DNA from: Candidatus Babelota bacterium
GTDB lineage: Bacteria > Babelota > Babeliae > Babelales > Babelaceae
NCBI GenBank assembly: GCA_013815795.1
Contig: JACDFK010000001.1
Span: 1 to 56,730 of the forward strand
Length of the DNA stretch: 56,730 nucleotides
Direction of reading: 5' to 3'
Positions 27,522-36,265 of this stretch are shown here, one piece after another (position 1 is the first letter of the stretch; each line of letters opens with the position of its first letter). The notes beneath the pieces were generated by a model. It ran no database searches, was not told where the DNA came from, and saw only the letters and a program-made list of their open reading frames with translations. The position numbers and the translations under genes are program-made.

Positions 27522-29246
27522 TTATGGTTGAGTATTAAGATTTGCGAACTTTTGATTAAGATCACCAGTTGGCTTACTTTCAGAAATTATCCAATCAACG
27601 AGTGGAGTAGTAACCGGTATACCTACATAGTTAACGGCGTTATTTGCAAAGGCTGTATTTTTTACAAATGAGTTATTACTCGTATAGTTATCTTGAACAC
27701 CAGCATCAGATGAATCTGTTCCGTTATGTTCAATAACATTGTTTTTAAAGCTACCTGGTGTAGGAAGAACTCCGCCCGTTTCTTCTAACAAAATACCAAA
27801 ATGTGTATTTCCCTTAGAGATAGAATTTAAAAGAGTGCTACTATTAGCATTTCTAAATCTAAATCCAGCGGTTAGATTGTTTTGAGCTAAACAACCATCA
27901 ATTACTACTTCTTGAGGAATTCCATTATCAAAAATAGGATCTATAGGAGAAAGCTGCGTTAGTAGCGGCTCTACATCTAATCCATATGCTCTTCCTGTAG
28001 CACTTACATTTCCGGTACTTTCACACTTAACAAACGAAATGCCTGTTCCTTCTTGTGCCCCTGCACCATAGAATATTCCAGCAACTGATGACAAAGGACT
28101 ATCCCCTGAACAATCAAATACCTTCGAGTTACTTACCACGACGTTTTTTGAGGAACGGACATCAATACCATGAGCTACTCCCGTTACACTGTGATTAACA
28201 GCTCTGGTAACGAAACAGTTGTTGATAGAGGTATCAATAGTTGATAATGCACCAATTCCAATAGAACCACGCTGTATAATCTCAACTCCGCCTATATCTT
28301 CTACTCGTTCAACGTACGAATCAGAAACTTCTGCACTCGCTATCCCGTCTAGAAGAATCCCTGTGCCACCTTTTCTGTGAATAATAGTAGTTGCTTGATG
28401 ATTTGATATTCTTACCGTACGGCCATCGTTTAGAGAAATACCACGAGCAGTAGCTTGAGATGAACTAATGATAGAACTAATACTATCTTCTACGATAAGG
28501 CCATCAACAGAAGCACCGCCAATACCTACCGCGATTACATCTACATTTTGTCCTGAAATTGGATCGAAAACTGGTCCTTCTGATGAAAATACTTCAAGGA
28601 ATAAACATTCTTTAACTCTCACCACCGATATCCTTGATCCAGGAGCTTCAAAGCCACCTAACCCAAGACCACCAGCTAAAAAGCCTCGAGAGTTTGATTG
28701 AAAACCATCTTGAACTGAATAAGGAGAATGTCCGCGGCTACCACAGTTCAACACATTCATAGCTTCAAAAGAAACTTCACGACACCCTTGAGATACCCAG
28801 AGACCTAGGGCTCCAAAGTTTTCAACAAATCCATTTCTAATCTCAACAATTCGTTGATTTTGAGATACAAATACACCAACGTTATTCTTTTTATCATTAA
28901 CCTGAATAAGTCTTTTTCCATTAAGATCAAGTGTTACATTTGATGCACTTATAGTAATTGCATGAGTAGCATCGGTAAAAGGTGAAAACTGAATATCTTC
29001 TGCAAGACAGTATTGACCCGGTTCATCAATTATAAGTCCATGTGTACCTATTGTCGATTGACAAATAAGACGCACACTTGAGGAGCAGCTGCGAATAGGT
29101 TTATTTTTTGACCATCTTTTACTAGTTGAAGACTTAGTATTTTTAAACTGTTCTGTTTTGGTATTAAAACCCTTTATGGTGTTTTCCGCTACTACTGTTT
29201 GTGCGGCCACTAACAATAACAAAGAAAAATAGTTCATCACTTTCAT
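27522..29246 (-). CDS. Secreted protein with probable right-handed parallel beta-helix repeats
   Basis: AAGGGG precedes the ATG at 29246, and MKVMNYFSLLLLVAAQTVVA is signal-like (track start 29324 is probably too long). Recurrent Gly/Asn/Val-rich ~22-25 aa segments (e.g. SNVTLDLNG, IVEIRNGFVENF, VVVSNSKVFDCSG, VVIDGCLAQNN) suggest a pectate-lyase-like fold. The fold call is by eye only. Confidence 0.55.
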   Translation of the reverse strand: MKVMNYFSLLLLVAAQTVVAENTIKGFNTKTEQFKNTKSSTSKRWSKNKPIRSCSSSVRLICQSTIGTHGLIIDEPGQYCLAEDIQFSPFTDATHAITISASNVTLDLNGKRLIQVNDKKNNVGVFVSQNQRIVEIRNGFVENFGALGLWVSQGCREVSFEAMNVLNCGSRGHSPYSVQDGFQSNSRGFLAGGLGLGGFEAPGSRISVVRVKECLFLEVFSSEGPVFDPISGQNVDVIAVGIGGASVDGLIVEDSISSIISSSQATARGISLNDGRTVRISNHQATTIIHRKGGTGILLDGIASAEVSDSYVERVEDIGGVEIIQRGSIGIGALSTIDTSINNCFVTRAVNHSVTGVAHGIDVRSSKNVVVSNSKVFDCSGDSPLSSVAGIFYGAGAQEGTGISFVKCESTGNVSATGRAYGLDVEPLLTQLSPIDPIFDNGIPQEVVIDGCLAQNNLTAGFRFRNANSSTLLNSISKGNTHFGILLEETGGVLPTPGSFKNNVIEHNGTDSSDAGVQDNYTSNNSFVKNTAFANNAVNYVGIPVTTPLVDWIISESKPTGDLNQKFANLNTQP

Positions 29247-29883
29247 ACACACCCCTTTATTTGCCCAAAAACCGATATAACACTGTTTTTGAATGTACAC
29301 TATACACTTACCTAGATTGAGCATAAATTATTACAGCTCTCCGGATCAATAATAGGCAACATTATGAATCGATCAAAAAATAACAGAGTAAAAAAAGGCA
29401 AACCATGCCTTTCTAGATCCTCTATCAGACTCCTACAAGACTTACCGGACAGCCCACTTATACTCTACTCACCCATTTCCCTCTTGCGGTGCTTACTCCC
29501 CTCTATGAATGCTAATTACTAAGAAGCACCATGATACTCTCTGCGTTACCATACACAATAAAAAGAATACCAAGTATATACTCAGCTCCCTTAGAAAAAT
29601 AAAAAACATACTTTAAAACTACTACTCTATCGCCCTAAAAAGCATCTGTTATAAGGTATCTGTAAAGCTTATAAAAAAGAAGCGCTCGAAACTTTTTTTT
29701 AAACTAATAAAAAATTAATTATACGCTCTTGTAAGTGATTTAGGGAATATACCCTTAGACAAGCGACTTTAAACGCATTTCTTTTATGAGTTGCCATCCC
29801 ACCAGTTCTTATGGGCTTGTACAAAGTGCCTCTTTGATTTACACTAAGGGACATGTAGTATTACACTTTACCTGAGGAGATTT

Positions 29884-30303
29884 ATGAAGTTTCGTAGCCT
29901 ACTTTCATTAAGCATGGTGCTTTTGCTTATGCCCTGCTGCCACGTATGTCGAAAAGGAACCACCACCTGTTATAGAGAAATCTGTGATAGAAAAACCTGC
30001 TGCACAAGCGCCGTGGTTTCTACACCATGTTGTACACAATCACCTATAAATTCCCAGATTCAACAAGACCCCCTCTTAGAAGAAACTACCTTGCCTTCAC
30101 AAGCGTTAACTGAAGTAGAAGAAATCATAGAGGAAGATGAAATGAATGATCCGGATTTAGTAGATATAGATGAAGAACCTCTAGACATCTCTCCAAAAAT
30201 CCCTCTGGATAAAGAATTGACTGATGAAAAACCTCAAGGAACCTCTAAAGAAATCGTTCTTGATAAAGAGTCCCTTGACGATGAACCTCTCGAGGTAGAA
30301 TAA
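29884..30303 (+). CDS. Hypothetical leader-bearing protein: Cys-rich N-part and acidic repetitive tail
   Basis: GGAG precedes the ATG. Leader MKFRSLLSLSMVLLLMPCC. Ten Cys within ~40 aa, then D/E-rich DEEPLD / DKELTD / DKESLDDEPLE repeats. It ends 2 nt before recJ. Confidence 0.5.
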   Translation: MKFRSLLSLSMVLLLMPCCHVCRKGTTTCYREICDRKTCCTSAVVSTPCCTQSPINSQIQQDPLLEETTLPSQALTEVEEIIEEDEMNDPDLVDIDEEPLDISPKIPLDKELTDEKPQGTSKEIVLDKESLDDEPLEVE

Positions 30304-30305
30304 AC

Positions 30306-32018
30306 GTGGCCGGTGCAAAATACGTATGGAGACTGCCTGAACCTTCGAGTCAGGCAGTCTTACAACTTGCCGCTTCTTATAATTTATCTCTTCCTGTTAT
30401 GCAAACCTTGGCTTCACGGGGTTTAACTACAAAAGAAGAATTGGATTCCTATTTATTTAGTACTTTTGAACGGGATGTTGCCCATCCAGGCCTCTTAAAA
30501 GATGCAGAGAAAGCGATTACTCGAATTTTACGTGCTATACAAAAGAAGGAAAAAATTCTCATTTGCGGTGATTATGACGTAGATGGAATCACTTCTTCTG
30601 CTATGATAATGACCTGCCTCCTTCCTTTGCACGCAGATATTAACTTCTTCCTTCCTAACCGAATTAAGGATGGCTATGGACTTTCTGCTAAAATAGTACA
30701 GCGCGCTGCTCAAAACGGATATTCGGTTATTATAACAGTAGACAATGGTATAACATCTTTTGAAGCAGGTCTTGAAGCACAAAGGCTGGGAATCGATCTG
30801 ATTATTACCGACCACCATAAGCCTCATGACCATGTTCCTGTATCGTATGCTATCGTTAATCCACACCAAGATACCTGCCTTTACCCTTACAAAAAACTTG
30901 CAGGTGTAGGAGTTACGTTTAAGCTCATGACTCTCTTATATGAGCAGCTTAAAAAAAAACTTCCCGATAAAGTGTATGAGCTTATGCTCCTAGGAACGGT
31001 AGCAGATGTTGTTCCACTTACCGGAGAAAATCGTTTTTGGGTACGACACGGCCTTTCTCTTATAAACAATGAAGAAAGTCTTGCCTTTCGTATTTTAAAG
31101 CTCAATATGCGCTCTTCTAAAACACAGCTTTCCTCAACCGACATTGGATTCTCTATTGCACCTCAGCTGAACGCTTTAGGACGATTAGAGGATGCACGGC
31201 AAGGGGTTTTTTTTCTTATTGGAACCGATGAAGAAAAAGTAGCTCATATTGGAACGGTACTTCGAGAACTTAATGAAGCACGAAAAACTATTGAAAAAGC
31301 GGTTTTTAATGATGTCGATGCTATCATTCGCTCAAAAAAAATAGATGTCACTCAAGAACGGCTCATTCTGGCAACGTCCCATAGTTGGCAACCGGGAGTT
31401 ATTGGACTTGTAGCATCACGACTTGTTCATGCGTATAATCGCCCTACCATACTTCTTTCTATTGATCGGCAATCGCAAGCAAAAGGATCATGCCGATCGA
31501 TTTCGGGTCTTAATATGTTTGAACTTCTTCAAGAACATAAAGACCTACTCACCTCCTTTGGCGGACACGCTCAAGCAGCAGGTCTTTCATTACCCGTAGA
31601 GCGCGTACCTTTACTCAAAGAGAGAATCGAAGCAACGCTTGCTCGGACACTTCCTTTTATGGAGCCAAAACCGGGCCTTACACTCGATGCTGAAATAACA
31701 CTTCCAGAAGTAAATAAAAAACTTATTAATGATCTACAGTATCTAGAACCTTTTGGTAATGAGAACCCTCAACCGGTCTTTTATCTAAAACAGGTAAGTC
31801 TCGTGGAGCAGCCTCAACTACTAAAGGACGCCCATGTAAAATGCTTAGTTTTTTCAGAAGGGATTATTAAGCCGGTAATTTTTTTTAATAGGCCTGACCT
31901 TTTTTCTCTTCTATCAACCCGTATGAATGAAGGGGTATCATTAGCAGTTCAAGCAAGTGAGAATCATTTTAATGGAAAAATATCTATAGAGCTTCAAGGA
32001 TTGGATGTAGCTTTATGA
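30306..32018 (+). CDS. recJ: Single-stranded-DNA-specific exonuclease RecJ
   Basis: DHH-family motifs DYDVDGITS, ITVDNG, ITDHH; DHHA1 motif FGGHAQAAG. GTG start. Confidence 0.9.
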   Translation: MAGAKYVWRLPEPSSQAVLQLAASYNLSLPVMQTLASRGLTTKEELDSYLFSTFERDVAHPGLLKDAEKAITRILRAIQKKEKILICGDYDVDGITSSAMIMTCLLPLHADINFFLPNRIKDGYGLSAKIVQRAAQNGYSVIITVDNGITSFEAGLEAQRLGIDLIITDHHKPHDHVPVSYAIVNPHQDTCLYPYKKLAGVGVTFKLMTLLYEQLKKKLPDKVYELMLLGTVADVVPLTGENRFWVRHGLSLINNEESLAFRILKLNMRSSKTQLSSTDIGFSIAPQLNALGRLEDARQGVFFLIGTDEEKVAHIGTVLRELNEARKTIEKAVFNDVDAIIRSKKIDVTQERLILATSHSWQPGVIGLVASRLVHAYNRPTILLSIDRQSQAKGSCRSISGLNMFELLQEHKDLLTSFGGHAQAAGLSLPVERVPLLKERIEATLARTLPFMEPKPGLTLDAEITLPEVNKKLINDLQYLEPFGNENPQPVFYLKQVSLVEQPQLLKDAHVKCLVFSEGIIKPVIFFNRPDLFSLLSTRMNEGVSLAVQASENHFNGKISIELQGLDVAL

Positions 32019-32686
32019 TAATAACTATCGATGGACCAATGGCAAGTGGTAAATCTACAGTAGCCCGCTTGCTTGCTGAGCAGACAAAAAGCTTCTATAT
32101 TAATTCAGGCCTCCTTTTTCGAGCACTAGCCTTTCTACTCTTAGAAAAAAGAGTTCAACCTGAAAGTATACTACATGACCTACCCGCTCTTACTCAGTTT
32201 GTGAAAGAGTGTCTTTTTTACTCCTATAATCCAAAAACAGGTCCCGTGGTAAGCTATAAAAACCTGATTATAACTCCTTTTTTAAAAACATCAGCGGTAA
32301 GTTCCGCCGCATCGATTCTTGCCACCGAAAGCACGGTACGCCAGGTCTTTTTAACCTATCAACGAACATTAGCTGAAAATCATGATGTTGTTGCCGATGG
32401 ACGAGACTGCGGAACGGTAGTTTTCCCCGCTGCATCATTCAAATTTTTTATAACTGCTCATGTAACAGTCAGAGCACAACGGTTTCAACAGGATAAAGAA
32501 CGTCACAACGTTGCCCTTTCCCTGGAAGAAAGCATCGCTCTAGTACATGAACGGGATACACGCGATTCTATGCGAATATATGCGCCCTTAAAACCGTCCT
32601 CTGATTCCTGCATCCTTGACAACTCTTCGTTGACTATTCAAGAAACACTCGACTGTATACTTTCACTCATAGATTTTCAAAAATAG
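32015..32686 (+). CDS. cmk: Cytidylate kinase
   Basis: P-loop ITIDGPMASGKST, GRD motif (ADGRDCGTVVFP). The start overlaps the recJ stop (ATGA). Confidence 0.88.
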   Translation: MIITIDGPMASGKSTVARLLAEQTKSFYINSGLLFRALAFLLLEKRVQPESILHDLPALTQFVKECLFYSYNPKTGPVVSYKNLIITPFLKTSAVSSAASILATESTVRQVFLTYQRTLAENHDVVADGRDCGTVVFPAASFKFFITAHVTVRAQRFQQDKERHNVALSLEESIALVHERDTRDSMRIYAPLKPSSDSCILDNSSLTIQETLDCILSLIDFQK

Positions 32687-32707
32687 CTCAAAAAGGGTCT
32701 ATCCGCT

Positions 32708-32795
32708 CATTATGAGCACTGAAAAGCAAACGTTTTTGCTGTCTTCTAACAAACTCTCCGAAGAACTATTTACTTACCATTCTAAATAATATTAG
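32708..32795 (+). repeat. Direct repeat copy 1 (~88 bp) flanking the methyltransferase cassette
   Basis: cattatgagcactgaaaagcaaacgtttttgctgtc...ccattctaaataatattag recurs at 34018-34104, with most positions identical by eye. Confidence 0.7.
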
Positions 32796-32873
32796 ATTAA
32801 AAAAGTGGTTATTATGTACAGTTAAAAGAATCTCTACGCTGGTATGTTATTAGATTTTATACAAAGGGAAATC

Positions 32874-33710
32874 ATGATCAAAAAATATATGTTCCTACTT
32901 CTGAGCTTATTAGGAATCCAAAGTTTTTCTAATGCAGACGTAACCTGTCCCGTCTGTGAAAAGAAATACGAGAAATTTATCGGGTCAGTTCACAATACAC
33001 GTCCTCACTGCGCATGTCCCAACTGTTATTCACTAGAAAGACACCGCCATTTTTGGCTTTTCTTAAAAACAAATCACCCTGAAATCTTTTCAGGAAATAT
33101 TACTCTTTTACACTGGGCCCCCGAAAAAATGCTCAGCAAAAAATTAAGCAGTATACCTACCATAAACTATATTGGTGGAGACCTTACACCTTCAGAAAAA
33201 AGCTGGTGCTCCGTTCGACAGTTAGATATCACTCAGATCGACCTACCAAAAAATTCTATAGATGTGATGATCTGTAGTCATGTCCTTGAGCATGTATCTG
33301 AAGATACAAAAGCTCTTCAAGAAACGATGAGAATACTAAAACCCGGAGGCTGGGCACTCTTTATGTTTCCACTCTATCACAATCTTGACAAAACCTATGA
33401 AAATTCAACCATAACCACTCCTCAGGGACGGGCAATAGCCTTCGATCATCCTGAACATGTACGTAAATATGGATGGGACGTTCTTAAGAAAATGAAAGCT
33501 ATAGGATTTGCCGTAGAGGTACACCTTTTAAAAGATCTCTCTTCTCAGGATCGTCTTACCTACGGGCTAGGCAAAACTGGTGATGAAAAGGATAATTTTA
33601 ATAATGCTCGTCGAGGAGCAGATATAATTGTCTGCAAAAAGCCTCTATTGAAAAAACCTATGATAAAAAAACCTACAATAAAAAAGCCTCTATTAAAAAA
33701 AGCAGCTTAA
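32874..33710 (+). CDS. Class I SAM-dependent methyltransferase with N-terminal Cys-pair/ERHR module and C-terminal KKPxx repeats
   Basis: CPVCEKKY...CACPNCYSLERHRHFWLFL, then a methyltransferase core (VMICSHVLEHV, ILKPGGWALF). Tail KKPLL-KKPMI-KKPTI-KKPLL-KKAA. Start at 32874 (AAGGGAA upstream) or 32844. Confidence 0.8.
   Translation: MIKKYMFLLLSLLGIQSFSNADVTCPVCEKKYEKFIGSVHNTRPHCACPNCYSLERHRHFWLFLKTNHPEIFSGNITLLHWAPEKMLSKKLSSIPTINYIGGDLTPSEKSWCSVRQLDITQIDLPKNSIDVMICSHVLEHVSEDTKALQETMRILKPGGWALFMFPLYHNLDKTYENSTITTPQGRAIAFDHPEHVRKYGWDVLKKMKAIGFAVEVHLLKDLSSQDRLTYGLGKTGDEKDNFNNARRGADIIVCKKPLLKKPMIKKPTIKKPLLKKAA
33636..33710 (+). repeat. 15-bp tandem repeat (about 5 units) encoding the KKPxx tail of the methyltransferase
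   Basis: aaaaagcctctattg / aaaaaacctatgata / aaaaaacctacaata / aaaaagcctctatta / aaaaaagcagcttaa. Confidence 0.75.
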
Positions 33711-33789
33711 AAAAAATAATTTTTCCCTCTACCACTTGTAGACGATTAACAAAACACTAATCGAAAAAAAGATCTTCAAAGGCGTAAAA

Positions 33790-33840
33790 ACGTCTCAGAT
33801 TTAAAGGGTATTTCGTGAAGGCCCTTTAAATCTGAGACGT
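33790..33840. repeat. Perfect 19-bp inverted repeat at the junction of the methyltransferase cassette and the recJ fragment
   Basis: acgtctcagatttaaaggg (33790-33808) and ccctttaaatctgagacgt (33822-33840). An A-run follows on the plus strand and TTTT on the minus strand. Confidence 0.6.
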
Positions 33841-33846
33841 AAAAAA

Positions 33847-34015
33847 TCGGTTATTATAACGACAGACAATAGAATAACATCTTTCAAAGCTGGTCTAAAA
33901 GACAACGGCTGATAATTGATCTTATTATTACCGATCACCATAAGACTCATGACCATATTCCTGTATCGTATATAATCGTTAATACACACCAAGATGCCTG
34001 TCTTTACCTTTACAA
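33847..34015 (+). pseudogene. Duplicated internal fragment of recJ (copy of 30723..30893) with stops
   Basis: tcggttattataac...attattaccgatcaccataag.ctcatgaccat.ttcctgtatcgtat...ctttacc.ttacaaa is collinear with the recJ region encoding VIITVDNG...ITDHHKPH. The copy contains in-frame TGA and TAA codons. Confidence 0.75.
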
Positions 34016-34017
34016 AT

Positions 34018-34104
34018 CATTATGATCGCTGCAAAGCAGAGCTTTTTGCTGTCAGCAACACACTTTCCCAAGAACTCTTTACTTTCCATTCTAAATAATA
34101 CTAG
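34018..34104 (+). repeat. Direct repeat copy 2 (~87 bp), homologous to the sequence just downstream of cmk
   Basis: cattatgatcgctgcaaagcagagctttttgctgtc...ccattctaaataatactag; see 32708-32795. Confidence 0.7.
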
Positions 34105-34743
34105 TGGGTACGTTTTTTTTACGCTTAATACTTTCTCGGGCTTATTCTGAATTCTTCAATTTATATTTCTTACATTTGAACTGAAAGATAGCATACGAAA
34201 GAAAGGCAATATATATGGTTTTCTTGAAGATATTTTTTACGTAATTAGCAATCAGCAAGTACTTATGTTACTTTGCTATCCGTAAAAATTTTCACTGTCC
34301 AATCGGTGGCTATATTCACGAACATGGTTGCGAACTGCCATTTTGTCCATTACTAATCTGATATACAATAAGAGTAGATCAATCTTTTCTAATGCATTTT
34401 CGGAAATAACATATACTGCTTCAACCTGCCAGAGAACCATTCTGTTCCACAGGATTTTTTACCCTGCAGCATCTGTTTGTTTATCATTAAAATCAGTAAA
34501 GCCCACATTTTATTAAAAATCAACACAGATCTTTCAGGATATTTGTGAAAGTCCCCATCATGGTAACGGAAAAATTAAGGTAATCATCCGGGTCGCCAAA
34601 AGAGGTATCATTTTTAAGTAGATAAGACATGGTTGATAGACGAACTTATTACTAAAGACAGCTATTATTTATTTTCTCGGCCCTCTCCCTTTGAGATAAA
34701 CTGCTCATTTCTCACCTTAGAGAATTTTTTTTCAGGAAACAGA

Positions 34744-34785
34744 ACAAAAGCTCTCTTAGCCTTAAAAGGCTAAGAGAGCTTTTGT
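34744..34785 (-). terminator. 18-bp perfect stem-loop downstream of the small secreted protein gene
   Basis: acaaaagctctcttagcc-ttaaaa-ggctaagagagcttttgt, 36 nt after the stop at 34822. The trailing sequence is only moderately T-rich. Confidence 0.5.
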
Positions 34786-34821
34786 TTCATATCTTACGAG
34801 TGGGTGTTTAGAAAAGTATTA

Positions 34822-35421
34822 TTAGTCTAATATAAATGATTGACCTTTTCTTTTTAAAAATGCCCCTTTTTTCTTGTACCGTATAATATCATTTTTACTC
34901 ACGATATTGGCATCTGGATAACCGGCTTCCGTTACTCCTTTATCATTCGATTGAGGCCTGAGGCCTTCTTTATCCAATGCAACATAGATCGACTTACCAG
35001 GTTTAAAATGGTATATAAAAGATGGTTCCTCAGGTCCTACAACTTGCCATCCTTCGAAATAACTTTCTGTTCCTGCTCCCGATGCTGCTGCCCGACTAGG
35101 AGGAACTGCTCCGATTACTCCCGGAGACTTTTTAGCCCATATGAAGAGGACTGTAGGTTTATCGATTGCGATTCGCTGGCTGTAATCATTGTCTAGTATA
35201 GTTTTACCCAAGACTGTTCGTGCAGGGTCTACTGAGGCGTCAAATTCGTTTCCTAGAGGACCGCCCGTAGCGTTCACCATATAAATTCTAATGGCATTCT
35301 CCGTTCTATTAATAATATCAAATCCCGGGTTTTTTTCAGTACCTACTTGTGAGGCTGAGGCATTAAAGGCCATTCCAATGAAAAAGCTTAGAGCTAAAAG
35401 GGATTGTGTTAGTTTTTTCAT
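34822..35421 (-). CDS. Small secreted protein, member A of a three-member paralogous family
   Basis: Signal peptide MKKLTQSLLALSFFIGMAFNASA. Shares the blocks (F/I)-x-I-x-N-x-x-x-x-x-I, hydrophobic-(I/L/V)W, F-x-x-G-x-(S/T)-(I/L)Y(V/L) and LRP with 44740..45267 and 45371..45946. Confidence 0.65.
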   Translation of the reverse strand: MKKLTQSLLALSFFIGMAFNASASQVGTEKNPGFDIINRTENAIRIYMVNATGGPLGNEFDASVDPARTVLGKTILDNDYSQRIAIDKPTVLFIWAKKSPGVIGAVPPSRAAASGAGTESYFEGWQVVGPEEPSFIYHFKPGKSIYVALDKEGLRPQSNDKGVTEAGYPDANIVSKNDIIRYKKKGAFLKRKGQSFILD

Positions 35422-35599
35422 AAATATCTCCTTGATACATTAACTAGGGTTAAAATTCTCTTTATTTAATAATATATCATAAGAAATATTAAATTTGCAA
35501 TAATAATTTTATTTAATTTTTTATAATTTCCAAATAACTAGATAATAGTTGTAAAACAGGTCGAATAAATTTTCACAGACAACTTTACCAAGAGCGGGA

Positions 35600-36135
35600 T
35601 TTCTTTATTTGAGAGACTGAGCGCTCTTTTTTAAGAGCTACAAACACTATTCCATCTGGCATAACCCCAGGAAAAACCATTTCTATTCCTCTTCTCAACC
35701 TGCGAAATGAGCGTCTTCTCGTCTTCTTTAGTAGTTGTACGAAATTTAATTGAGAGGCTCATTCTGGTTTTGTTGACTGATAGGGGGCATTTTAGCCTTT
35801 CACTCCTCATGTTTTAGTGAAAGTTTGACCTTGTTGATTATCCCTCATCTTAAAATAATATCCTGAGACTGAAAAGACAATGTCTGTAAGGCCTTGAAAA
35901 ACGGCAAGAATATTTTCTGTTAAATTTCATAAACATGCAGTGTAGCCATCTAATCCTGTAAGAATAATTTCACCCCCGGGACTATAAGCGAGCCTCAGAC
36001 GGAGTTTTTATGGCTAGAAAGTACAGTAATAAAATCACCTCTTAAGTCCAAGCCGTGGGCTGTCTGATCATCTGAGACACACAAAAACTGGTACCGTATT
36101 TTATACAGTACTCACTACTACTCTAGAAAATACAG
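35600..36135 (-). pseudogene. Heavily decayed WD40 gene relic; approximate limits
   Basis: Minus-strand fragments VSDDQTAHGLDLRGDFITVLSSHKNSV-stop, AYSPGGEIILTGLDGYTACL-stop and NILAVFQGLTDIVFSVS carry the WD40 pattern (GH..V.S.A.SP.G..ILTG..D.TA.LW). They sit in different frames and are broken by stops. Confidence 0.45.
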
Positions 36136-36265
36136 ATGAATCTTAAAAGAGCATCTCCGTAACTTCCCGTTGAAAATCTTCATTCTGATAAAAATAGATC
36201 CGCAATTCTCTAAAGCACTCCTCATACACTCTTTAAAAGCATTACACTTCTACCTAGTTTTGGTC

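Noticed and set aside
29884-30303. A chlamydial OmcA-like small cysteine-rich outer-membrane lipoprotein.
   Set aside because: Only the Cys-richness and small size are shared. The lipobox is non-canonical (LMPC), most of the protein is an acidic repeat tail, and no OmcB-like partner is nearby.
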